Shown here: positions 1 to 5,891 of the stretch, piece after piece
How the letters are laid out: each line of letters begins with the position of its first letter
How positions within the stretch are numbered: position 1 is the stretch's first letter
Virus genome (UHGV): UHGV-0124609
Reading direction: 5' to 3' (one strand)
Length of the DNA stretch: 14,435 nt
Origin: a virus
Notes under the pieces: generated by a model
The model's input: the letters and a program-made list of their open reading frames with translations, nothing else
What the model was told of the DNA's origin: nothing
Databases searched by the model: none
Translations under genes and position numbers: made by a program

Positions 1-119
1 GGTACTTTGCCTAAGTACGCCATCTCTTCCATCAGGTGCGCACCGGACGGCGCACGTAACAGCCATAGCGCCTCCGTGTTATCCCGCCTGTCAACGGCGC
101 GGTAGAGTTGGTAAATCAT
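1..119 (-). CDS. possible N-terminal part of a leftward gene running off the left window edge (hypothetical protein); strand assignment uncertain
   Basis: ATG is the reverse complement of 117-119, preceded by a GAGGG SD-like (revcomp of 128-132, 8-nt spacer). The minus frame is open for 39 codons to the window edge (MIYQLYRAVDRRDNTEALWLL...). Plus-strand frames are also open here, so this could instead be the 3' end of a rightward gene. Confidence 0.25.
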   Translation of the reverse strand, partial: MIYQLYRAVDRRDNTEALWLLRAPSGAHLMEEMAYLGKV

Positions 120-137
120 ATTTCCGACCCTCAGTTA

Positions 138-157
138 AAGCGGCCCGAAGGCCGCCT
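138..157. terminator. GC-rich stem-loop (GCGGCC-CGAA-GGCCGC) between the stop of the 160-aa gene and the left-edge ORF; possible intrinsic terminator
   Basis: 6-bp perfect GC stem at 140-145/150-155 with a tetraloop; on the minus-strand RNA the loop reads UUCG and is followed by UUUAA. The U-tract is short, so efficiency is uncertain. Confidence 0.4.
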
Positions 158-161
158 ATAG

Positions 162-644
162 TTATTCTTCTTCGAAATACTTGTTCTTGATTGCCGTCAG
201 GCGTTCCAGGTACTCGGCCAGGTCTTCGTCTTTAATCGCGGTAATCTTCATCTTCTTACCGGTGAACTCTTCCAGCAGTTCGTCGGAATCATCACACGCG
301 GCATCGCTAGGACCTTCGTTAATCGCATCGTCGATAGCCTGAATCTGGCCACGAAGAGACTTGTAATCGACTTCTTCTTTCTCTTCTTCCGGCTCTGGCG
401 TCGGTTCCTCTACTTTAGCTTTACGCGGCTTGCGTTTTGGCTTCTCTTCTTCCGCCGGTTTGGTGTCAACGATGTCTTCACCTTCGACCGGGATTTCTTT
501 TGTTGTCTCGATTGTTGCGGTTTGTTCAACGACCCCGGCGACTAATGCAGTTTTTGCAACATTAACTTGTTTTGCACTGTTCGCAGCAATCAGTTCATGT
601 GCAACTACGAAACGTTCCAGTAATTTTAAAAATTGTTCTAACAT
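162..644 (-). CDS. hypothetical acidic protein (160 aa) with a Lys/Pro/Glu-rich low-complexity linker and acidic C-terminus (…KYFEEE)
   Basis: Complete ORF in the six-frame track; ATG (revcomp of 642-644) preceded by a strong SD GAGAGGAGAG (revcomp of 649-658); near-consensus sigma70-like promoter upstream. Translation has a structured N-terminal ~45 aa, then KPAEEEKPKRKPRKAKVEEPTPEPEEEKEE, then an acidic C-terminal domain. Confidence 0.8.
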   Translation of the reverse strand: MLEQFLKLLERFVVAHELIAANSAKQVNVAKTALVAGVVEQTATIETTKEIPVEGEDIVDTKPAEEEKPKRKPRKAKVEEPTPEPEEEKEEVDYKSLRGQIQAIDDAINEGPSDAACDDSDELLEEFTGKKMKITAIKDEDLAEYLERLTAIKNKYFEEE

Positions 645-675
645 TTGTTTCTCTCCTCTCGTTTGGTATGGGCTA

Positions 676-705
676 ACTATAATAGCTAACTATTCAGGTT
701 GTCAA
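676..705 (-). promoter_or_regulatory. sigma70-like promoter for the leftward 160-aa gene (TTGACA-N18-TATAGT)
   Basis: On the minus strand, -35 TTGACA is the revcomp of 700-705 and -10 TATAGT the revcomp of 676-681, with an 18-bp spacer; predicted start lies about 25 nt upstream of the ATG at 644. Confidence 0.55.
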
Positions 706-720
706 TGGGCTTTCCTAAAA

Positions 721-745
721 TAATTAATATGGTACTATTCACATA
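721..745 (+). promoter_or_regulatory. candidate promoter -10 region (TACTATTCAC) for the rightward HTH gene
   Basis: TACTAT at 733-738 followed by TCAC is the same -10/discriminator sequence found in two other rightward promoters (4158-4167, 5424-5433). No good -35 at 17-bp spacing here, so this may be activator-dependent or weak. Confidence 0.3.
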
Positions 746-769
746 TCAACTGACTAAGGAGTAATTGAC

Positions 770-985
770 ATGCAACCATCTGAACTAGGCATCCGTGTAG
801 AGCAACGCCGCAAAGAACTCGGCATCTCTCAACGCCGTCTGGCGGTCCTGGCTGGCGTTTCCCAGGGCGCGATTAATCAGCTGGCGCTCGGTGTAACTCA
901 GGACGTACGCCCGGCAACACTGTTCAAGCTGGCGGAAGTGCTGGAAGTAGACGCCAAGTGGCTGGCGTTCGGTGAAGGGGCTTAA
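770..985 (+). CDS. XRE-family (Cro/CI-type) helix-turn-helix transcriptional regulator, 71 aa
   Basis: ATG 770 with SD AAGGAG at 756-761 (8-nt spacer). Translation contains a classic HTH signature LGISQRRLAVLAGVSQGAINQLALG. It is the only rightward gene in a leftward block, diverging from the 160-aa gene. Confidence 0.85.
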   Translation: MQPSELGIRVEQRRKELGISQRRLAVLAGVSQGAINQLALGVTQDVRPATLFKLAEVLEVDAKWLAFGEGA

Positions 986-1000
986 GCCCCTTTCTTTTTA
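975..1000. terminator. intrinsic terminator: perfect 18-bp palindrome AAGGGGCTTAAGCCCCTT followed by a T-rich tract, between the convergent HTH and primase genes
   Basis: Palindrome at 975-992 (7-bp GC-rich stem, TTAA loop) followed by TCTTTTTA at 993-1000; overlaps the stop codon of the HTH gene. The T-tract is on the plus strand, so termination is mainly for the rightward transcript. Confidence 0.6.
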
Positions 1001-1001
1001 C

Positions 1002-3242
1002 CTATTCTAAATCCTCCTCTGTCACCACCAGCATTTCATTCGGCTCATATATCGTCTTTGGTCTTAATCTGTCACCCATCTTTTCCGGTATCCGGTAGGT
1101 GCCCGGTATAACTTCACCGTTAACATCGCACCCTAACATCAACTCACCGTCTTTCAGCATCTTCTCGAGATGATGGTTGGTTATGGCGTGGTCGCCCGAA
1201 TTCGCCACTATCTGCCGTTGTGTAAAACCTCGTCCGGTGTCGTCTGACTGTTGCAGGTCCTCCAGCGCGGCAAGTATTGATTCCTTACGCCCTTCATCCT
1301 TTCCACGTTTTACAGCGTTCTTTACGTTTTCTTTACCTTCTTTCGTCAGCCCTTCTTCCCGCTCTTTCTCCTCGTCAGTTTTGAACGGCTCGAAACCCCA
1401 CGGCATCAGCACAAGCGCCTTGTGCGGCTCAGGCAGGTCCAGGTTTACGATTGTGCCGTATTCCTCTGTGCTACCCAGGAACTCAACCGCACGGTACTCT
1501 TTCGGCGGTGGTGCTTCACGGAACTGTACCGACTCCAGCACCATGCCAACCGTCTTCTGTTGAGGCCCGTGCTTAAATTTAGAGTGGTATACGTTTATCT
1601 GACGGTCGGTAGCGCGTTCAATTGTCAGTTCCACGTCAACGCCCGCATACAGCGCGCCGCTGCCACGGGCTTTCTTTCCGCCCTTCGGTGTGTGGTGAAC
1701 AACACCTACCGCGGCTTTAGTCGCATCACGCACTTCTTTCAGGATGGCGATAACTTTACCCATACCGATTGCCGTTGATGAACTGTTCTCGTCAAACTTA
1801 TCAATCGTCAGGGCCAGGGTCTGGTTGAGGGTGTCAAACGCGACCATGCCGATAGGTTCATCGCCAGCGGTTTCACGCATTAACTTAATCAGGTTTTTCA
1901 GTTTTCCGACTTCGCCCATGTCGATGACATGTACATAATCTTTACCTTCCTCTCCGTATTTAGCCGCGAGTGCATCAATACGTGTGCGGGTAGCCGCGCC
2001 ACCCTCACCGTCGATATAGAAATGGTGACAGCGCTGGGTATCCGCCCCTGCGAAGCGATAGCCAGCGGCGCTAAGGTACATCACCCCCAGCGTATAGAAT
2101 GATTTGTACGTGCCAGATTCTCCGACGATATCCCAGATACAATCCGACGGCATGTACCCTTCTACGACGAAATCAGCCTTTACCGGTTCTGGTAATTCGT
2201 CCTCCTCGAAGTCCTCGTCGTCTTCCAGGTCGTCCAGGCTGCATGAAACGGATTCACGCGCACCCCATCCGATAGCCTCAGCCACTTCACTAAACGGCAG
2301 CCCGGTCGCGTCGCACGCATACTTCCACACCTCTTTCGGTGACATGCCTTCGGTTGCCGTAATGTCGGTGTCGTGAATCATGGTTACGTTCGGTGCTTCG
2401 TAGCCCTCTCGCGGGAAACACAGCAGGAAGTCGTCCGGCCGCGGTGTCGGGTCGCTGTAGTTTTCCGCATGTTCTGGTGTGGCGGGCATCTTAAGGCCGC
2501 GAGGTGTCATGACACCGCCGTACTCAAAAGCCAGTGCCTCGAACGCGTCTGTAAACGCGGTGCGCAGTTCTTCCGGTATCTGGTAATCCGATGCGCTGCT
2601 CACCTCGTAATCCGGGATGCCTTCCAGTAACTCATCCGGGTCAATCAGGTCGTTGCGACGCGACCAGATAACCTGAGAGCCAACCGGCGGCAGGTACATC
2701 GGTTGGGACAGAGTAAACCCGCTGCGGTCAGCGCCCATGCCTTTGAAGAAGTGCTCCAGCAATCCATGACGAACACGGATGATGTCGCCACCCTCAACAG
2801 GACTGGCCAGCGGCATGACGACACGAAAGCGCGGAGACTCATCGGTATGGGATGCCGTGGTATATAGGCACATCGCCTGGCGGCTGCGCTTAACCAGGCG
2901 CACAGCTTCCTGATACTCTTCCGGCGTTGCACTGTCGAAGTCCAGATACGCCAGCGACGATTTGCTTACAGACGCATCACAGCGATAGAAGAAGCCTTTA
3001 CGCGCTTGCTTAAAGTCGCCGGTTTCCAGGTCTTTTACGGTGCTGTGAGTAGAGTCGCACGCGGCGGTGATATATCCCGGCGCGGTCTTCGGGTTAATCC
3101 CGTCTCGGACAGAATCGAGCGGCTGGATTAACTCTTTCAGGTCGTCCAGTGTTGCCGTGTGTGTAGTTCTGACGTTTATATCCTTTTTCTCTGCTCGCGC
3201 GTTGCGGCGTGACCACGAGTAGGATAAAATTACATCGGACAT
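1002..3242 (-). CDS. putative replication primase/helicase (N-terminal primase-polymerase-like region plus a RecA/DnaB-like P-loop NTPase region), 746 aa
   Basis: Long complete ORF; ATG (revcomp of 3240-3242) preceded by SD GAAGGA with an 8-nt spacer. Translation contains a P-loop-like motif IVGESGTYKSFYTLG and a Walker B-like hydrophobic stretch ending in D (GMVAFDTLNQ), an acidic linker (DDLEDDEDFEEDELPE) and an acidic C-terminus (…VVTEEDLE). Family assignment is from motif pattern only. Confidence 0.85.
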   Translation of the reverse strand: MSDVILSYSWSRRNARAEKKDINVRTTHTATLDDLKELIQPLDSVRDGINPKTAPGYITAACDSTHSTVKDLETGDFKQARKGFFYRCDASVSKSSLAYLDFDSATPEEYQEAVRLVKRSRQAMCLYTTASHTDESPRFRVVMPLASPVEGGDIIRVRHGLLEHFFKGMGADRSGFTLSQPMYLPPVGSQVIWSRRNDLIDPDELLEGIPDYEVSSASDYQIPEELRTAFTDAFEALAFEYGGVMTPRGLKMPATPEHAENYSDPTPRPDDFLLCFPREGYEAPNVTMIHDTDITATEGMSPKEVWKYACDATGLPFSEVAEAIGWGARESVSCSLDDLEDDEDFEEDELPEPVKADFVVEGYMPSDCIWDIVGESGTYKSFYTLGVMYLSAAGYRFAGADTQRCHHFYIDGEGGAATRTRIDALAAKYGEEGKDYVHVIDMGEVGKLKNLIKLMRETAGDEPIGMVAFDTLNQTLALTIDKFDENSSSTAIGMGKVIAILKEVRDATKAAVGVVHHTPKGGKKARGSGALYAGVDVELTIERATDRQINVYHSKFKHGPQQKTVGMVLESVQFREAPPPKEYRAVEFLGSTEEYGTIVNLDLPEPHKALVLMPWGFEPFKTDEEKEREEGLTKEGKENVKNAVKRGKDEGRKESILAALEDLQQSDDTGRGFTQRQIVANSGDHAITNHHLEKMLKDGELMLGCDVNGEVIPGTYRIPEKMGDRLRPKTIYEPNEMLVVTEEDLE

Positions 3243-3299
3243 ATTATAATTCCTTCAGCAAGTAATTTGGCCTCGGCGCTCTAACGTCGGGGCTTTCTT

Positions 3300-3533
3300 T
3301 TATTCCAGGTCTTCTAAAGTAGCGGTCATTCCGCGAACTTCAGCGACAGCACTATATTTCCCGCCGACATTTTTCACGACACCGGATTTAACCAACACCT
3401 TCAATGACCCTTCAATGATGGCGGAACTATAGTACTTAAAATAACTGCGGCGCAAGTCGATAACACTGCACGACCCTTTTTTACGTGTTAATGAAACGAC
3501 CGCCGTAAATACGCGTGACTGGAACTCGGTCAT
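3300..3533 (-). CDS. hypothetical small protein (77 aa), possibly winged-helix DNA-binding; translationally coupled to the upstream AlpA-like gene
   Basis: Complete ORF whose start overlaps the stop of the upstream gene by 4 nt (ATGA). The assignment of a winged-helix fold is a weak guess from the pattern SLKVLVKSGVVKNVGGKYSAV. C-terminus …TATLEDLE resembles the primase C-terminus. Confidence 0.7.
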   Translation of the reverse strand: MTEFQSRVFTAVVSLTRKKGSCSVIDLRRSYFKYYSSAIIEGSLKVLVKSGVVKNVGGKYSAVAEVRGMTATLEDLE

Positions 3534-3700
3534 TTCACGTTCTCCTTAATCCACGCTTCCACTTTCTCCGGGTCAAACGTACCTGGCTGCCGGCGGCCCA
3601 TAATGCGGGTACAGCAATCAGGGAACTTCCCGCTCTTTAACCAGTTATTCAGCGTGCGACGAGTAACCCCGATGCGCTCTGCTACTTCATTCTGCGTCAT
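3530..3700 (-). CDS. AlpA-family-like HTH DNA-binding protein (phage transcriptional regulator/excisionase-like), 56 aa
   Basis: Translation MTQNEVAERIGVTRRTLNNWLKSGKFPDCCTRIMGRRQPGTFDPEKVEAWIKENVK matches the AlpA/HTH_17 pattern (HTH, then FP, then a conserved W). ATG at the revcomp of 3698-3700 has SD GAGGG with a 7-nt spacer; the ORF track's longer form starts at TTG 3727 with no SD. Confidence 0.8.
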   Translation of the reverse strand: MTQNEVAERIGVTRRTLNNWLKSGKFPDCCTRIMGRRQPGTFDPEKVEAWIKENVK

Positions 3701-3732
3701 TCTCAAACCCTCATTATCAGTTAACAAAATCG

Positions 3733-3761
3733 AGTATACATTGCGAATAATGGGAAATCAA
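3733..3761 (-). promoter_or_regulatory. sigma70-like promoter for the leftward AlpA/primase operon (TTGATT-N17-TATACT)
   Basis: On the minus strand, -35 TTGATT is the revcomp of 3756-3761 and -10 TATACT the revcomp of 3733-3738, with a 17-bp spacer; about 30 nt upstream of the ATG at 3700. Confidence 0.5.
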
Positions 3762-4041
3762 ACATAATCGCACCTATTGACATTATGAAAATCTTCGTTT
3801 AAGGTGCTTCTATATCTTAGTTACTTTGATTCTTGTTCACCTTGTAAACCCCGCCGAAAACGAGCGCCCAACGCGAAGTGTTAGGCGGCAGTTTACTGAA
3901 CATAAGAATTATCGTAACTTTCCTTCCTTAATATCTCCGGTTGCCCTGGGCAAGCTCTATTCTCATCGGCAGCATATCTCTTAAGTAACTGATTTTCTTA
4001 ATGTACCGTAGATTCACAACCGTAAAAATGTAACCCTTACC

Positions 4042-4065
4042 GGGCAGGCTTAAGGCCTGCCCTTT
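4042..4065 (+). other. stable stem-loop (GGGCAGGC-TTAAG-GCCTGCCC) followed by TTT within the non-coding region; possible terminator of a small transcript or structural element
   Basis: 8-bp perfect GC-rich stem at 4042-4049/4055-4062, 5-nt loop, then TTT at 4063-4065. No plus-strand ORF lies upstream of it. Confidence 0.3.
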
Positions 4066-4134
4066 AGTTACCAAGTAATAAGAATAAAGGCACAACCCTA
4101 CCTGAAGAATCACAACGGCAATGTAACTATTCTC

Positions 4135-4163
4135 TTGCACACCCCAACATAATAGGATACTAT
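4135..4163 (+). promoter_or_regulatory. promoter TTGCAC-N17-TACTAT driving the rightward early small-gene block
   Basis: -35 TTGCAC at 4135-4140, 17-bp spacer, -10 TACTAT at 4158-4163; identical hexamers and spacing recur at 5401-5429. The ATG at 4198 lies about 30 nt downstream. Confidence 0.5.
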
Positions 4164-4197
4164 TCACTTATCGAAACGAGACATAAGGAATTTAGAA

Positions 4198-4416
4198 ATG
4201 AACAAAGCGACCGCAAGCGTAGTTTCCGCAATCAAAGAAGTTTACGGCATCGATATTTCAGAGCGCGTAATCATCGGTAATAAGCGCAACTTCTTTACGT
4301 TCGACACCGACGGAATGGATGAAAATGATTTTATCAACGTACAACGTTTCGCTAATGATAGAGGGCTTCGTAACGAGCCTGCAGGTTACAAGAAATTCGC
4401 TATCTACTTTAAATAA
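4198..4416 (+). CDS. hypothetical protein, 72 aa
   Basis: Complete ORF; ATG 4198 preceded by a purine-rich leader (AACGAGACATAAGGAATTTAGAA); first gene downstream of the 4135-4163 promoter. Confidence 0.8.
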   Translation: MNKATASVVSAIKEVYGIDISERVIIGNKRNFFTFDTDGMDENDFINVQRFANDRGLRNEPAGYKKFAIYFK

Positions 4417-4434
4417 GACAGAGGAGTGATGGTT

Positions 4435-4623
4435 ATGTTTAAGAAGGGTCAGTTGGTCAAAGCTGTAAATAGCAATTATTTCATTGTTGAAAGCGAGTCT
4501 GCAGTTTTTCCGAGGGCTTATAGAGTAAGTTTTATACGGGAAAGATTAGGAGCGGTAACTTGGTTCCGTGAAGATGAGCTAACACTCATCGGCAACAATT
4601 TTAAATTCAAAGGGGCGAAGTGA
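4435..4623 (+). CDS. hypothetical protein, about 62 aa
   Basis: ORF 4426-4623 in the track; ATG 4435 is best placed relative to SD GAGGAG at 4421-4426 (8-nt spacer). Alternative in-frame starts are GTG 4426 and ATG 4429. Confidence 0.75.
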   Translation: MFKKGQLVKAVNSNYFIVESESAVFPRAYRVSFIRERLGAVTWFREDELTLIGNNFKFKGAK

Positions 4624-4877
4624 TGGAAGAATTAATTTGTATTGAATCTGGTCCAGATGTGCGGCATTGGTTTGTAAAAGGTAACAAGTATTCGTCAGGG
4701 GTATATTACGACGGCCGTCGATACGTTTTAGATGAAGACGGTGATGAATGGGACTTAGAGCAATCACATGGTGAAGCCTTTACCGTGAATTTCCTGGGCA
4801 CACCCGCCATAACATTCACAACGGCATCGAATCATGATGCTCGTGCCGATGACTCTGAGGGAGGTTGCCGTGGATAA
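4623..4877 (+). CDS. hypothetical protein, 84 aa
   Basis: ATG 4623 overlaps the upstream TGA stop (TGATG), indicating translational coupling; an AGGGG SD-like lies upstream. Confidence 0.75.
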   Translation: MEELICIESGPDVRHWFVKGNKYSSGVYYDGRRYVLDEDGDEWDLEQSHGEAFTVNFLGTPAITFTTASNHDARADDSEGGCRG

Positions 4878-4899
4878 TATTTTAATGGTGGAGGTTGAT

Positions 4900-5094
4900 A
4901 TGAGCCCGTATAACAAATTTCGCTTACGCCGTCTTGTTGGTGGTCTGCGCGCCGCCGAGTTTGGTGTTGAATGTTGGGAAAAGGCGAAATATACCCCATG
5001 GAAGTCGTGGCATTTGGTTCATGCTAAGGCGGTAGCACAGTACCGTGAGTACAAGTTAAACAGTTTCCTTAAGCACCACGGGGTTGAGTTATGA
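4900..5094 (+). CDS. hypothetical protein, 64 aa
   Basis: ATG 4900 with SD GGTGGAGG at 4887-4894 (5-nt spacer). In-frame alternative starts at GTG 4870 (SD GAGGGAGG), ATG 4885 and ATG 4834 cannot be excluded. Confidence 0.65.
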   Translation: MSPYNKFRLRRLVGGLRAAEFGVECWEKAKYTPWKSWHLVHAKAVAQYREYKLNSFLKHHGVEL

Positions 5095-5252
5095 GAGAAG
5101 CATTTGAACGGTGGGCCGTCGTAGAGGGTCTGCCGGTTAACAAGGGTTCGAAGAAAGAGTACCTGACCGTTAAGACACGTCTTGCGTGGCGGGCGTGGAA
5201 AGCTGGTGTGCAATTTCGTGCTGGTGTAACAGGTGGTGTAACAGGTCAATAG
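5091..5252 (+). CDS. small hypothetical protein, 53 aa (not in the ORF track)
   Basis: ATG 5091 overlaps the upstream stop (ATGA); frame open to TAG at 5250-5252. Translation MREAFERWAVVEGLPVNKGSKKEYLTVKTRLAWRAWKAGVQFRAGVTGGVTGQ; the C-terminal GVTGGVTG comes from a tandem repeat. Confidence 0.5.
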   Translation: MREAFERWAVVEGLPVNKGSKKEYLTVKTRLAWRAWKAGVQFRAGVTGGVTGQ

Positions 5253-5274
5253 GTTACTATTTGTCTTTGTGTCT

Positions 5275-5333
5275 TACGCTGCTACACAGCAGCGTACAAC
5301 TTTAACTTAGTGTCGTCAAAAGGCGACACTTTT
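5275..5333 (+). terminator. pair of stem-loops after the first early-gene block; the second is followed by TTT(T)
   Basis: Hairpin 1: 9-bp perfect stem at 5275-5283/5288-5296 with a 4-nt loop and no U-tract. Hairpin 2: 7-bp stem at 5309-5315/5324-5330 with an 8-nt loop, followed by TTT at 5331-5333. Confidence 0.35.
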
Positions 5334-5400
5334 CACCAAACGCAACAATCGAAGCGACTATTGCAGGAGATGCAACAATACAAACACCAATAAAATTTAC

Positions 5401-5429
5401 TTGCACACTGGGATAGAATAGACTACTAT
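5401..5429 (+). promoter_or_regulatory. promoter TTGCAC-N17-TACTAT with an AT-rich upstream element
   Basis: -35 TTGCAC at 5401-5406, 17-bp spacer, -10 TACTAT at 5424-5429; AT-rich CCAATAAAATTTAC immediately upstream; ATG at 5461 lies 32 nt downstream. Confidence 0.55.
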
Positions 5430-5460
5430 TCATTTACACGAACGAGAGGATAGACAGAAG

Positions 5461-5610
5461 ATGGTTACTTTGATGATTATGGAATTCGAAAACAGCGCTG
5501 CAACTTACCGCGAGATGACTATGGCGCAGGCGTACCATCTGGCATCAAACGGCAGCTTCTACAAGGCTCAAATCATCAATGAGTTCGGGGTAATTGACTA
5601 TGAATTTTAG
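5461..5610 (+). CDS. small hypothetical protein, 49 aa (not in the ORF track)
   Basis: ATG 5461 preceded by the leader AACGAGAGGATAGACAGAAG; frame open to TAG at 5608-5610; its 3' end overlaps the start of the next gene. Confidence 0.55.
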   Translation: MVTLMIMEFENSAATYREMTMAQAYHLASNGSFYKAQIINEFGVIDYEF

Positions 5611-5872
5611 AAGATACACCGTTACCGTTGATTTTGAGGGGCTGGATTTGCCCCTCCCCAACAACTACCGGTATATAACCCGTGACCGTTTCGGGTTTAT
5701 TCAGGGGTGGCGTAACAAGCCGACAGACACTGAGTTCGGGATGTCGGGTGGTGAAGAGTTGCCGATCACGTTCGGGCACCAAAGTAGTAACGAAGAGCTT
5801 AAAACTGTGATTCGTAAGTATCGTCGCCGGGGTAAAACTGAACTTATCGCAATAACAGGCGCTGTTGAATAA
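5600..5872 (+). CDS. hypothetical protein, 90 aa
   Basis: ORF 5594-5872 in the track (TTG); the first ATG is at 5600 with a GGGG SD-like upstream. Confidence 0.75.
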   Translation: MNFRRYTVTVDFEGLDLPLPNNYRYITRDRFGFIQGWRNKPTDTEFGMSGGEELPITFGHQSSNEELKTVIRKYRRRGKTELIAITGAVE

Positions 5873-5891
5873 ACGAGAGGAGAGACGGAAG

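Noticed and set aside
430-723. 97-aa plus-strand ORF overlapping the 160-aa gene and the divergent promoter region
   Set aside because: Antisense to a well-supported gene with strong promoter and SD; Ser/Cys/Thr-rich translation and no RBS.
1177-2932. Plus- and minus-strand ORFs of 64-128 aa embedded in the primase/helicase gene (1177-1563, 1422-1778, 1744-1938, 2104-2376, 2373-2630, 2645-2932)
   Set aside because: All lie wholly inside the 746-aa ORF in other frames or antisense, have low-complexity Ser/Arg/Cys-rich translations and lack SD-supported starts; they are shadow ORFs of a GC-rich coding region.
3928-4167. 79-aa minus-strand ORF in the AT-rich intergenic region
   Set aside because: GTG start with no SD, start codon inside the rightward promoter, and the translation runs straight through the 4042-4062 hairpin; its hydrophobic composition is what an AT/T-rich non-coding sequence produces. 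A small membrane protein cannot be fully excluded.
5361-5393. Micro-ORF (ATG 5370, 7 codons) and GCAACAAT direct repeat (5342-5349, 5372-5379) upstream of the 5401 promoter
   Set aside because: The SD-like AGGAG abuts the ATG with no spacer and the ORF is only 7 codons; the 8-bp repeat could arise by chance in an A-rich spacer. Noted as possible upstream-element context only.
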